The notes under the pieces are model-generated. The model was not told the origin of the DNA and ran no database searches. It was given only the letters and a program-made list of their open reading frames with translations. From a virus (lineage: Duplodnaviria; Caudoviricetes), in IMG/VR virus record IMGVR_UViG_3300033076_000756, positions 1 to 57,125 of that record: DNA of 57,125 nucleotides, one strand, 5' to 3'. How positions within the stretch are numbered: position 1 is the first letter of the stretch; each line of letters opens with the position of its first letter. Positions 11,501 to 22,200 of the stretch are shown piece by piece. The position numbers were made by a program, and so were the translations under genes.

Positions 11501-13007
11501 AAGTATTCTTAAACATGGACTTACCTATCTGGTAGGCAGCTTCACGTTTACCAAAATCTTGTGCAATCTGGCCGGCCAAGCCAACAGTTCCCATGGCACC
11601 TTTACGGTAGATCTGAGAAAGCCCTTTACGCTCAACAGTCAAAAGATTCTCTGCTGCTTCAGTCATAAACTTATTGGCAGGAATGAACTTGTTGAAGATG
11701 TTACCAAATTGTATCTGGTTGGTGGCAAGCAAAAGAGCCATGTTTGTGTTATAGTTTGCTGCACTAGCTTTATTGGCAAGCTGTTTCATGTGCTCAAACT
11801 CATCGGATGATGGTACTTTTCCATCATTGGCCACCTGGTAATCTTTTACCATTTTGTCCAGGGTATCTCCATAAGTAGTAACCGCTTCAAAGCTGGCTTC
11901 TGTAGCAGACATATTAAGTTCCTGGGCTACACGGCGTACACCCTGTAATCCAATACCTACAAGCTGTCCGGCAGACGCACCACCTTTTACAGCGCTGGCA
12001 AACTTTTCACCATATTTCAATGCAGTACCTGCAAGCGGTACACTCTTTACCAAATTAGATGCACCTTCTGCAAACGTTTTGGATTTGGCAACGTTGAGAA
12101 TGTTATTGGAGAATACGTCAAATGTCGCATTCATTGCCGCTGTTACAGAAGACTTAGACGCATTGGCAATCTTAGACGCTTCATCCATCTGGTTGATCAC
12201 TTTGGCAGCAGCTGAGAATTCATCCTCAGAACGGTTTGCCATAGTGAAACCCTTCCCAACATCTGCAAGCATGTCTGAAAAGCTGAACGCTTTTCTGGCA
12301 GCAGTTTTTACTCCTTGTTCTACAGCCTCTTTACCGGCAACACGCATAGCAGTAGCACCAAATGATACAGCACCTGCACCTCCAGAAAGAGCAGTAACAG
12401 CAATATCCGCTGCAATTTCAAGTCCTAAACCTGCAAATGTTCCAAGAGCAAAACCAGTGTTACCTATAAGTTCGCTTATAGAGCGTTTTGAAAACAAGCT
12501 ATCCTCTGAGTCTGGTTGCTCAAACACAAAGTTTTTGAACATGTCCTTCTGGTCCTCATAGTACTGATTGGCGATAGTCTCTTCATCAGGACGCATTTTA
12601 TCCCAGTCCCAGCTAAGAAGAGCATCAGCCATGCGGCCATATCCTTTCCAGTAATCTGTAAAGGTGTTACCAAATTTGTAAGCAAAAGAGTCAAATCCTT
12701 TAGATAGTGCAGTACCCCAGGTTTCCTTATCAGCAAACTTCTGGTACATGCTGCTGTCAAATGGGTTGAAGCTTTCTTCTTTAAATCCATCCTGGTAGCG
12801 GTACATGTTGATCTGATCATCAGATACTGGAATAGCATATGATGGACCTACAGGAGCATTGAGACGCTCACTGATAGTTTGAGGCTTTGGTTCAGGATTG
12901 GCATCTTGGACAATCTGTCCCATAGCCTGGTTGAACTGCTGCTCAAATGGAGAAGATCCCTTTGGAGGATCTTGCTCTAGGTTATTTTCAAGGATGTTTT
13001 CTGCCAT
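8511..13007 (-). CDS. Large virion cargo/ejection protein (1498 aa)
   Basis: Long ORF directly upstream of the virion RNAP. It has Gly/Ala-rich hydrophobic segments (GFALGTFAGLGLEIAADIAVTALSGGAG; FLMGAVTGVLISG) and an acidic helical body. The position matches crAss-like cargo genes. Confidence 0.7.
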   Translation of the reverse strand: MAENILENNLEQDPPKGSSPFEQQFNQAMGQIVQDANPEPKPQTISERLNAPVGPSYAIPVSDDQINMYRYQDGFKEESFNPFDSSMYQKFADKETWGTALSKGFDSFAYKFGNTFTDYWKGYGRMADALLSWDWDKMRPDEETIANQYYEDQKDMFKNFVFEQPDSEDSLFSKRSISELIGNTGFALGTFAGLGLEIAADIAVTALSGGAGAVSFGATAMRVAGKEAVEQGVKTAARKAFSFSDMLADVGKGFTMANRSEDEFSAAAKVINQMDEASKIANASKSSVTAAMNATFDVFSNNILNVAKSKTFAEGASNLVKSVPLAGTALKYGEKFASAVKGGASAGQLVGIGLQGVRRVAQELNMSATEASFEAVTTYGDTLDKMVKDYQVANDGKVPSSDEFEHMKQLANKASAANYNTNMALLLATNQIQFGNIFNKFIPANKFMTEAAENLLTVERKGLSQIYRKGAMGTVGLAGQIAQDFGKREAAYQIGKSMFKNTFLKFSVTEGLQENLQETSAAAWRDYYASQFDGTNQTLSDAFGEGLSEQFSKQGLKTFLMGAVTGVLISGPTRLATGAMDAAQRAAVNRQYKDNPADNPLKQQEAQFDADIAAQNAILRQVSEGKFENKTFNFNAQTQAAQDMSYAAAKGDRYEFENAKDNALIAAVVSAKRTGTQDVLYRAVSQMGAEMTNDEFEASFGVKLEDTGFNSASEFTQNVAGKIKKYSKAVDDLTSHVKSRLVDPADYAKGTNTQYAAALTRKAQEDAIQFIALNQLKGTMSAERAKQVANDLLNVPGMQNSSDYAIRVLTNPMNLEGEIGNIAGEIRVLRESLEAEGLDAETKADIQKNLDNKIEEQALLNKWVGYWDNRKRVIGETEEGEVVERDKLADTFFGKYQGKVDELDVDGNPTGNQAPQYDHMDPEVLDTFRKLVNIKNKQVNNNTELSEQGLQDGFQKVYDYIRLDRDTRDYMRSVDVLLNTDNYLAATERMVDGNFKYNLLLYVDMLLTRAEIQAIMLMQKAGVSNPADQEAFVNEVINTVQDSDAYKKILVLAANPEITVKEEDYAQELSKDIEKLIQDTVARMSAKYGSQEFTGDIPEAEYDEIVATKKLDAARRNIIAGKVAENESLTEREQKVYEMFKEEIDKDVEFIKAQDPVEEASLDNETPIVGIVDENGDLNTDTTEIPETGESTTEEVTTIEMAIAQIEANLERERTSEFGDPQIVAQLEQQLQMLRDAQAQQAAAAPEQVEEQPAASIPTVDAEIGTEGQLNYDAQQLAFFGIENETNPEDDRLPSEKEGEEFGVTAAEEGGFDIVDKAGHTVNAEPIATEAEAEEKADSLNTTYNDLEFAQKLLRDVNADMKDPNVAVRFMEKAQGSMKTSNSREKTMFSSLEEYYKTPNGKRRIDAIRESVITGKPVNYKAKKAAVTVTPSTQQVSLFNTTATTATKPALTLESLQELYAKAVEIREQALQNTEKNGKFVEEGQIIEDLRKITSCFS
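8561..8575 (-). promoter_or_regulatory. Bacteroidota-type -7 promoter element (gTAAATTTGtagagg) upstream of RNAP gene
   Basis: Matches TAnnTTTG. An identical 15-mer occurs at 31607-31621. It lies ~80 nt upstream of the RNAP ATG, inside the 3' end of the preceding gene. Confidence 0.5.
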
Positions 13008-13016
13008 TGGAGTTGG

Positions 13017-15644
13017 TTATTGCTTTTCATACATAGCACGCATATCCATATACTGTTTTTGTGCTTGTGTAACAACTTGTTGCACTTGTCTCAAAGAGTT
13101 GACATCACCTACAGTAAACTTAAGGCGTTGGCTTTGTTGGATAACTTTGCGTGTTGAAGGATCATACATGTCATAGGTAAATAGGATCTGGTTTGACCCG
13201 TCTACACCTGTAACACCTTGCAGTTTATAATCAAACCCTGCAGCAGCGTGATAGCTTTTACCATTCACACTTGCTTTAGGATTTGTCAAAAAGCCTTCCA
13301 TCATACCCAACGCACTGTTATCTGTTGAGTTAGGTTGTATGTATTTTTCAAAACGGTTTAGCGCACCACGACTTGACGTAATGGTTGAATAAGGAATGGT
13401 CAGGTACAAAGACTGTGTGCCTTTGTAACCTAGCTTTTTCTCCCAACCAGCTTTCTGAGAAACATTGAGTTCAATTTTAACTTGCTGTTTCTTGTCATCA
13501 TAGAATACTTTTGACTGGTCCCCAAACAATGTAGCCAGGTCTGTAGCATTCATGTTTCTTAATGCGTCCGTGTTAATAGTAGCACCATCAGAAGTAGTGA
13601 TCTTTGAAGGACCATAAGGATTCTTCAACATGATGTCAATCTCAGCAGGACTCAGTTTGCTGAATAAGTAGTTATTGGTAGATGAGTTTGCACGCTGATT
13701 GAACTGAGATGATATCACATTTTTCAATCTGTTTGCAGCTGCATCAGAAATACCAGTAAGGTCAACATCATAACCACCACCAGCTAGGCGTCCGCGGATC
13801 TTAGCCCCTTTGTATAAAGGATTGATGGTTCCATCAGGTGCAACTACTTCTTTACTGATACGTTGCATTTCTGCTGTAAGCTGTTTTCTTTCCTGTTGCA
13901 ATCCGTAGAATGCATCAGATGCCTGATCAAATGCTTGCATGTATTTAGAAGCTGATCCAGTTTTGTGTGCTCTGGAATAAGTTTCAAGTTTTTTGCTGGC
14001 AGTAGTATATGTATAACCAGCAATACCATCTAGTACAGCATTAGCTTGTGATGCAGATCCAGGGATCTTAACATTGATACCAATCTCTTTACCATACTGC
14101 TGTAAAACCTGGCGATCTTTCTCAGAAAGTTTAACTTGCTGACCACCGGCCATAGACTGAAGTTTGGCAATTACACCGTACACTTCACCATAGCGTTTGT
14201 CGTCATTACCCAGTACAAGCTTCATTAAACCATTGTCAGCATTAAATGCTGCGTTGTGAGTTTTCTGACGGTTTTCTGCAAATGCAGAAGAAACAACATC
14301 TGAGCTACGTCCCTGAGAAACACCAGGACCGATATACTGCTCTGTGCCAACATAACCTTTGCCTTTCAACTCAGTCATTTTTAGCTCAGTATTTACATCA
14401 AACTTGTACTTATCCCAGGCCATGTCTTGCGCATGTTTTTCTTTATCCCAGGCAAGACGTGCTTGCTGCATTGCAATGTTTTGTTTGGTAGCCCAGGTAG
14501 TATCAGGACGATACTCAACACTTTGTTTACCCATAGCAGCTGATGAACCAAATGCCAAAGCTGTTTGATTGATCGCTTCCTTAGTAAAAATGCCATAGAT
14601 GTTGGAAGCAACATATCCTGGTCCCTCCTCTTGCATTCTGCTTACCTCAGAACGTGCACCCTCTAGTTTATCCTTGTAAGCATCACGCTCCTGGATCATT
14701 TTCTGGTACTCTTCTTTAATGTGAGGTTTGTCTGGTGGAAAACCATTAGGATATTCTTTCTCAAAGATTTTGATATCACCTTCAAGACGAGTAAGTTCTT
14801 TGTCAGCTTGAACACCTTGGTTTGATTCACGTTCATTTACTACCGGTAAGAGTTTGGTAGCAATGTTGTCAATGGCTTGTTGACGTGAAATTCCTTTTTC
14901 ACTCATTTCTGAACGAATGGCGCTTTCTGCCTGCACACGTCCCATCACCTGGAACTGGCGGTCAAAACGGTTGCCCATAGCAGCTTTTGCCCAGTCAGTA
15001 AAGATTGGAACAGCTCCTTCACCATTTACTCTTTCAATGATATAACCATTACCATCAGGGCCTGATTGTTTAATCTCAAGACCTTGATCTTTAGCTGCTT
15101 TACGCAAGTACTCCATGGTATCCTCAAAAGGCGTAAACTCTCTTGGTTGCACTGAGCGAATAGAACCATCACCACGTTTTGCGTTACGAAGATCCTCCTC
15201 AGCAAAGGCAATATCCATTTTGGAAAAGTCACTGTACATAGCGCGCATCTTAGGATCTGTACTGTTTTTGTACTGGTCCATGATCTGCTTCTGCTTAGAA
15301 TGAAATCTGGTGACTGCCATATCATATGCTAAATCCTCATCCTGACTGATAGGAGAAATCAGGCTTTGAGCACGCATGATATTGGTAGGATTGGAAAGAT
15401 CTGTTGCAGTAACGCTGCGTAGTGTTCCTTGCAGCTTCTTGAAAGCTTCAGCACGGAAGTTCTGGTTATCCTGGTTGGTTAAAGGATTATTAAGCATTGA
15501 AGTGTACAAGCTTTTAACCATGTTGAAACCACGGTCATACTCAGCTTGCTTGGTACCATACACCTGTGTCAAAAACCCGTAGTCAGGTTTGTACAGCTGC
15601 ATAGGCCCAAAATCATCCGTCATCCCTTTTATAAACGTTGCCAT
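13017..15644 (-). CDS. Putative virion cargo/internal protein (875 aa)
   Basis: Long ORF in the cargo block, helical/coiled-coil composition, no Cys; assigned by gene order. Confidence 0.6.
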   Translation of the reverse strand: MATFIKGMTDDFGPMQLYKPDYGFLTQVYGTKQAEYDRGFNMVKSLYTSMLNNPLTNQDNQNFRAEAFKKLQGTLRSVTATDLSNPTNIMRAQSLISPISQDEDLAYDMAVTRFHSKQKQIMDQYKNSTDPKMRAMYSDFSKMDIAFAEEDLRNAKRGDGSIRSVQPREFTPFEDTMEYLRKAAKDQGLEIKQSGPDGNGYIIERVNGEGAVPIFTDWAKAAMGNRFDRQFQVMGRVQAESAIRSEMSEKGISRQQAIDNIATKLLPVVNERESNQGVQADKELTRLEGDIKIFEKEYPNGFPPDKPHIKEEYQKMIQERDAYKDKLEGARSEVSRMQEEGPGYVASNIYGIFTKEAINQTALAFGSSAAMGKQSVEYRPDTTWATKQNIAMQQARLAWDKEKHAQDMAWDKYKFDVNTELKMTELKGKGYVGTEQYIGPGVSQGRSSDVVSSAFAENRQKTHNAAFNADNGLMKLVLGNDDKRYGEVYGVIAKLQSMAGGQQVKLSEKDRQVLQQYGKEIGINVKIPGSASQANAVLDGIAGYTYTTASKKLETYSRAHKTGSASKYMQAFDQASDAFYGLQQERKQLTAEMQRISKEVVAPDGTINPLYKGAKIRGRLAGGGYDVDLTGISDAAANRLKNVISSQFNQRANSSTNNYLFSKLSPAEIDIMLKNPYGPSKITTSDGATINTDALRNMNATDLATLFGDQSKVFYDDKKQQVKIELNVSQKAGWEKKLGYKGTQSLYLTIPYSTITSSRGALNRFEKYIQPNSTDNSALGMMEGFLTNPKASVNGKSYHAAAGFDYKLQGVTGVDGSNQILFTYDMYDPSTRKVIQQSQRLKFTVGDVNSLRQVQQVVTQAQKQYMDMRAMYEKQ

Positions 15645-15660
15645 GTATCTGCTTCTTTAT

Positions 15661-18600
15661 TTAGATTTCTTCCCAAGGAAGTTCAAATTCTCCACCGTAT
15701 GCCTGGCCAGGAAGAGTAGATCCTGTGGCAAAAGCATTTGCGTAAGATGTTCTCCAGTCAGGGGTAGCTGTACTTTTGTTCATCATTGTTTCAGTCATCT
15801 TGGTAGCATACTTGCGTGCTTCCTCTTCACCTCTTACAGGAAGAGCTTCATCGTAGTATTGTTTCCAAGCTGCATTTACCTGGTCTGTGGTATAGCCACC
15901 GGCTGTTGATCCTTTCTGACCTGTTACAGGATTGACATACACATCAGGTCCAAATATTTCTCTGTTAGACATACCTGGTGTTACGCTCACATCACCCATT
16001 ATTGGATCAACATATACTTCAGGGAATAGTACCTGTTCCATCTGCTTCTTGCGGAACCAGTTAGTAGTACCATTGTTAAATGCTGCAATCTGACGCCATT
16101 TCTTTTTGTTCAGCGCATTATCAATCTGCTGATTGAGTGTCGCGTTATCCTCAACATATTTAACACGTCCAGCCTCATTAGTGCCAATCTCCTGGTTCAT
16201 GATCTGAGCGTTTTTGTCATAGGCGTTATTTACAATACCAATGTTGGCATTTTCATACTGACCAAGAATGTTTGCAGAGTGACCAAGTGAATCACCGCTA
16301 GATGCAAGTGTAGCAGCAAGTCCAACGTTACCATCAACTGTGTTTTCAATTTGCTGATTTTGACGGGCATCTTGCTCTTGAATGCTTGCAATCTGGCGTG
16401 TAGGATCTAATAGATCATAACCTGGTGTCTGAAGATCTACGCTACCTTGTGTAGCACCATATCTGTTAACCTGATCTGTAGAAGCTCCAACGTAGTTTAC
16501 AATATCTTGTAACCACCATGGGCCTGCAGGTTTTTTAGCTGGGTTTGGTGTACCACCCGGTTGAGGGTTTATAGCACAGATCTTTTCAGCAGATCCTTGG
16601 TCAGCAAACGCAGATGATACACTCTTTCCTGTTGGTGGAACCGGTTGTTCACCTTCATTGTATGTTACAGATTGTACACTCTTTGTACCATCCTCATTTT
16701 CAACACAATAGTATGCCACTAAAGGTTTTGGTGTATCCAAGGTAATCTCAGTGTCCTTTTTTGGATCACCCATTTCAAAGAAACGAGGAACTGAATAAGT
16801 CACCTGACCAAACTTGCTATCACGCTTGTAAGGGGTATCTTCTTTTCCATTCAAAGGTTGGAAGTATGGAACTCCAAACTCTTTCATGGACTTTTCATTT
16901 ACCTTATCTTGGAACCATGCTGCAGCTTTATCACCTGATTCGCGACTAGCGCGGAGATCTTGCTGGTATTTAGCAAATCCTCCAGGATATTCTTTTTCAA
17001 TCCAGTCACCATGACGGTCTTGGAAGTCTTTCCATTCTTCAGGTGAAAGGTCGTTGTTAGAGCGTGCCTGTGCATTACCAGATGAAAGGTATATACCAGT
17101 ACCTTTTACATTAGGCTGACGACCAAATGATCCAAAGTTAGTATTGGTGTATCTTACGTTAGGATTCTGCGCAAGGATCTGATTTATGTTCTGAGAACCA
17201 TATTGCTCAAACTTGTTACCATCTGTACGCGGTGCTCTTTCTATAATGTTACCAGCCTCATCCTTGACAATCTTTTCATTACCCTTGTAATAAAGAGTTA
17301 CAGGTTTACCCTTATACATATCCTTGCGAACAAAGATCTCTTGGTTAGGGTCAATGCGCTGGTTAGTGCTTTGCTGCATTTGTTTTTGATCACCCACTTT
17401 TGAAGTAAGGCCATCACCTGGTCCATCACCAGGACCAACAGCAGGTTCGTCTACTTCTCCTGCAAGCAAATATTCAGGGATGTACCCACCCAAAGCAAAA
17501 GAACTCATTAATGCATTTGTATCATTATATCCTCCTTGCTTTGGAGCAGTAGTAGTTGTAGATTTTTTTACCGGAGCTGTGTTTGCAGTCTTTGTAGTAG
17601 TTGTTTGAGTAGGTGTAGAACCTGGCAGTTGAATGTCAAAACCGTAGTGCTTGTTCAAACGATCAATACTGGTTTGGTTAGTAACCGCATACCAGTTGCC
17701 ATTGTCTTCTTTAAATGCCCAGTACTTGGTACCATTTTTATCTTTGGCAGGGCGGTACTGAAAGTCACGTCCTTTAAGAGTGTAGTCTCTGTCACCAATT
17801 GCAGTGAGCTTTCCTCCAGGTGCTACAGCAGCACCGGCCTTAGCTCCAATGTTGGCAGCAGGCTTGATCTCTTCAACCATATCATTGCCCCACTCTGAAT
17901 TAGAACTGGATGCTTTGGCTGGTTGGCCAATATTGGTAACTGATGCCAGATCTCTGTTTATATCATTCATCAAAGTGCCCACCATGATGTACTCAGTTTT
18001 ACCTGTCTTTACATTTTTGGCGGCAACCATACTTGTTTCAGGCCCATGCGTACCTGGGATATGTTGAGGATCAGTCACTACAAATTCCCCCTTCATAGTT
18101 TTTACAGAGTCTCCTACATTTAAAGTTAAAGGCAGTCCATTTGCCAACTTCTTTGTAGTTGTTATACCAGGAATCTTTCCACCTTTGTTTGTAGAAAAAT
18201 TGTATTCTCTGTTATAGTCACCATTCCACCAAGAATTGTCGTTAGCACCTGTACGATTAACGCTTGTTTTGTTGCGCAGGTCTTTAAACTCATCATAGGT
18301 CAGGTAAAACGTTTTACCGTTTGCATCTTCAAAATATGCACCACCTGGATCACTAACCCAGTTAGGAGTTATATAATCAGTCCAAGAATCCTCAACCAGC
18401 TTTTTCAATTTTACTGGTTTACCGTTTACATAGTAAGTATCACCTATTTTAGGTAGCTCACCACCACCTGGATATTTACTCATGCGGCCACCGTATTTTG
18501 CTTCTGGTTGTGCAGGTGCCTCTTGTTCAGGTCCACCTTGCATAGCCATAGCAGCTGATTCAGCAAGAGCTGGAATACCATCAGGAAATCCTTTCATACT

Positions 18601-19116
18601 TTCTTGCACCAAGGCAAGTTTGGATAACATTTCTGTATTGGTCTTGAGCATCTCAGCAGCAGTACGTTTTTTCAAAGGGTCAGCATTCTCATCTTTAAGA
18701 ACCTGGATGTACTCATTGATCTGGTACTTCTTGGCAATCTCAGCCGGTGTGTATCCACCTTTTCTGTTACCCATACCAAATACCTTTGAGAGTAGCTCTT
18801 TGTCTTTGATGCGTAGTTTCTTTGTATCTGAGAAGATGAATGAACCTTCAGGAAGATTGACAGGCATACCTCCTTTAGAATGGCGTTTGCCTACAAAGCT
18901 CATGTGCTCCAAGAAGCCATCACCATTGATATCACCAACCACGGTTTCCCCGCCTTCTACTTCCACATTGGCATCCTTGCGGTCAATTGCCGTCATGGTA
19001 TTCTTTACCTCTGTATTGGCGTCACCAGGACCTACATTGTAGATCATGTTGTTAACCAAAGAGAAGTCTCTCTGGTCTCCCTTCTGAGGTTGTCTTTTTA
19101 TCCTGATTTTATGCAT
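15661..19116 (-). CDS. Virion structural/cargo protein (1151 aa), crAss-like
   Basis: The N-terminal ANVEVEGGETV...GKRHSKGG...PEGSFIFSD motif is typical of a crAss-like virion protein encoded after the tail stabilisation gene. It has a low-complexity middle and xxxGG motifs. Confidence 0.65.
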   Translation of the reverse strand: MHKIRIKRQPQKGDQRDFSLVNNMIYNVGPGDANTEVKNTMTAIDRKDANVEVEGGETVVGDINGDGFLEHMSFVGKRHSKGGMPVNLPEGSFIFSDTKKLRIKDKELLSKVFGMGNRKGGYTPAEIAKKYQINEYIQVLKDENADPLKKRTAAEMLKTNTEMLSKLALVQESMKGFPDGIPALAESAAMAMQGGPEQEAPAQPEAKYGGRMSKYPGGGELPKIGDTYYVNGKPVKLKKLVEDSWTDYITPNWVSDPGGAYFEDANGKTFYLTYDEFKDLRNKTSVNRTGANDNSWWNGDYNREYNFSTNKGGKIPGITTTKKLANGLPLTLNVGDSVKTMKGEFVVTDPQHIPGTHGPETSMVAAKNVKTGKTEYIMVGTLMNDINRDLASVTNIGQPAKASSSNSEWGNDMVEEIKPAANIGAKAGAAVAPGGKLTAIGDRDYTLKGRDFQYRPAKDKNGTKYWAFKEDNGNWYAVTNQTSIDRLNKHYGFDIQLPGSTPTQTTTTKTANTAPVKKSTTTTAPKQGGYNDTNALMSSFALGGYIPEYLLAGEVDEPAVGPGDGPGDGLTSKVGDQKQMQQSTNQRIDPNQEIFVRKDMYKGKPVTLYYKGNEKIVKDEAGNIIERAPRTDGNKFEQYGSQNINQILAQNPNVRYTNTNFGSFGRQPNVKGTGIYLSSGNAQARSNNDLSPEEWKDFQDRHGDWIEKEYPGGFAKYQQDLRASRESGDKAAAWFQDKVNEKSMKEFGVPYFQPLNGKEDTPYKRDSKFGQVTYSVPRFFEMGDPKKDTEITLDTPKPLVAYYCVENEDGTKSVQSVTYNEGEQPVPPTGKSVSSAFADQGSAEKICAINPQPGGTPNPAKKPAGPWWLQDIVNYVGASTDQVNRYGATQGSVDLQTPGYDLLDPTRQIASIQEQDARQNQQIENTVDGNVGLAATLASSGDSLGHSANILGQYENANIGIVNNAYDKNAQIMNQEIGTNEAGRVKYVEDNATLNQQIDNALNKKKWRQIAAFNNGTTNWFRKKQMEQVLFPEVYVDPIMGDVSVTPGMSNREIFGPDVYVNPVTGQKGSTAGGYTTDQVNAAWKQYYDEALPVRGEEEARKYATKMTETMMNKSTATPDWRTSYANAFATGSTLPGQAYGGEFELPWEEI

Positions 19117-19154
19117 AAACTCTTGAGATTTAAACTTGTGTGCACATAAACCTC

Positions 19155-19174
19155 CTACATTTAGAATTTACAAA
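19155..19174 (-). promoter_or_regulatory. Candidate late promoter (TTTGTAAATTCTAAATGTAG)
   Basis: Intergenic, ~40 nt upstream of ATG 19116; near-identical to the motifs at 30232 and 35825. Confidence 0.55.
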
Positions 19175-19219
19175 TTTATTTCCTGATATCCTAATTTGTA
19201 GAGGTAAAATGTAGATGTG

Positions 19220-22200
19220 TTAGTCAAGGAATTCTATCTCCCCGCCCATAGCCAGGATCATCTTTAACTCCTTGTCTGATACGTAGTATTCACCACCTTC
19301 TGCAAACTGACCACCGTACTTAGCTCCAGACATTCTGGTGCCAAAATCCTGGACAGGTGTGTTAGCTACCAAGCCAAAGTTGGAAGCAGGTCCAGCGTTG
19401 AGTGTGTAGTTACCAAACGGGTTGGTAGGGTTGTATGATTTGTAACGAGCGTCACTGTTACCAGTACGTCTCATCATTTGCTCATATTCTTTCTGGCGGT
19501 GCTCTTCACCCAGTACTGAGTTAAGCATGCCAAATCCTGCAAGTGCATTATTGGCAGCAAGCATTCCTACACTATCACCACGTTCTGTGAACTTGAATAA
19601 CTGGTTTTCCTGGAAAGGATCTCCTTGAACTGTAGTTTGAGCAGGTGTTGGTGTAACCGTAGGCGGAACTGTATTTCTTGGACCAGCAGTGTTTACCGGT
19701 GCAGCAGCAGCTTGTCCTGTCTCTGCACGCCACATTTCCATCAGTTTAGCCTGGTTGGCTGCATTAGCCATTACATCCGGGCGCTGTGCATTTTTGATAA
19801 ACCATTCTCTGAAGTCACCGCCTTCGTCTGCTCTAGGAAGTTCACCTCCAAAAGCAAAGCCAGCATCAAGATAGCCAGGCCCAAATACATCTTTGTCTTT
19901 CCACTGAGCTTCCATGCCAGCAAGTCCAGAACCACTGGTTGGAGAAAGAGTAGATGTAGGCATTTTTTGAGCAAGCATAGCTGCTCTACGAGCTGCCTGA
20001 TCGCGCTTGTCTAATATGTCTGCTGTATTGCCGTATTCTCCTGTGTTGGTATTAGCAAGCTTGCTGTCTGTTTTATCACCAGCAAATAGCTTTTCATAAC
20101 CTAAAATTGCCCCAGAAAGACCAGATGCCAAACCTGCAGCTGCTTTTACTTTTCCAAGCAAGCCTTTGTTAGGTAATGCCCATGCCATCATTCTTGGATC
20201 TCCCAAGGTGTTAGCTGCAGCAAGTCCGCGGTTCCAGGCATTGTTTTCCAGGTTTGCAACAGTATGTTGAGTAGTCTGATCAACTACTGTATCACCTTCC
20301 ATAAATGGTCCACCTTCTGCCCAGGTACCAAAGCGCTTGTGCCAGTATAGTGGGCTGAATGGATCTCTAGCCTTAGCTGAGTCTCTACCACCCATACGAT
20401 CCCAGAAACGGTCTCTGCGCTTATTGTTATGGTGCTGAGTATAATCTTTCATGCCTTTGTAGCCACCATGTACAATCTTGTACTGGTCACCTTTCTTGGC
20501 AAGCACCATCCATTTTTTACCAGGACGTGTAGATTTTCTCTTAGCCCCTACTCTGGTAAAGCCTTGTTTCTTATAACGTGCAGGAATACCTCCACCGTTC
20601 TTGAACTCAGGCATTTCACCGCCTAGCTCTTTAGCAAAGTTCTTGGCAAAGTTTGCTTTCTTTACCATTGCTGGGGAGAACTCCTCTTTATTCTTAAGGA
20701 TGTAGGTAGCAGCTTCCTGTACACTCATGCCCATGCGCGTAGCCTGTGCTTTAAATGTACCTTTCTTAGCAGGATCCAGTTTGATAGACCCTCCTGTTTT
20801 ATAGTCATTCCCGTCAGGTTCATCACCCTGCATAGGAGAAACAAGCTCATCTATTTCTTCAGCAGACATTGGAGTGTCTTCTTCTTCTGTCTCATCGTCA
20901 TCCTGCAAACGGTTCATGGCTTCCTGTACAAGTTGTACTGCAGTTTCCTGTGGAACGCCCTCACCCATCATTTCTTTGACAACAGACTCTGGATCTTCAC
21001 CATTCATGATCATGGTAGCAACTTCATTTAATGCTGCTTCTATCCCACTTTGTTGCTGATTTTGACCCATTGTGTTGGGATCTTCCAACATTTGACCACC
21101 TTCAGCCATCTGGCCACCACATTCCATGCAACCACCATATTTTTTCTGTGCTGCAGGACGTTTTGCTCCATATACAGGTTCAGATAAACCAGCTGCCTTT
21201 AATCCAGCAACAAACTGATCATGACCATAATGAGTTCCTGTACTATATCCTTCTTCAATTAAGCGGTGTGCATCACGCACATCCTGAGGATTGTTCCAGT
21301 CTACATTAATACAGTCCAGACAAAGGTTAAGACTGCCATCAGGCAAAGTCATATCAGGATCTCCTTTCCATGCTTCTGGATTATTTTGCAAGAACTTGTA
21401 CTGTTCCATTGCATAGTCGTACATACTTTTCATTGGAACAGGTTCACCTGCTTTCTTTATGGGTTCTGTTGGACCACCCATGGCAAATTCTCCATCTTCT
21501 GGAACTAGTTCTGCTTGATATCTTGATTCAATACTTGGATAATGAAAGTAGCGTCTTTTACCTTTTTTAATAAGGTCTCCACCATGTCCAGGTTTTCTGA
21601 AACGTGGCAGTCTGTATCCAACACTGTTGCCATCCCAATCAATATACCTTTCTGTTCTACCTACCCATTCAGCACCAGGTCCATCAGGTTCACCTTCTGT
21701 ATAACCTTCTGATTCTTCATAACCCAACTCTGGTTGTTGAGTTGCAGTTGTAGTTGTAATTAAACCTGGTCTCAGTGTTTGCATTGGCTGCATTACTTCT
21801 TTATTTACAGGTTGAGAATTTTTTTGTACTGGTGCTGCTACAGCAGCTGGCGCTGTGTAACTAATAGGTGCTGTAGAAACAGATGCTACATCATTAGTAA
21901 TTGGAGGGCAGTTACCTGACGGACAAGTCCAGCTCTCATTATATTTTTGCTTGAACTGATCAGCATATAACTTAGCATTTGGATTTCCCGCTTTAGCTGC
22001 TTGTTTAACTTTGTCTGCTTCAGCATATTTTGCAGCAAGATATTTTTGTTGCTCAGGAGTCAATGCAGGATTAACAGGATTGGAAGGATCAACAATAGGC
22101 CCACCTTCTGGCATCATGTAACCACCATACTCAGCTTTCTTCCAGCCTCCACCGTGTTCTTTGTACCATTTAGCTGCAAAGCCATTGGCATAGGCTGAAG

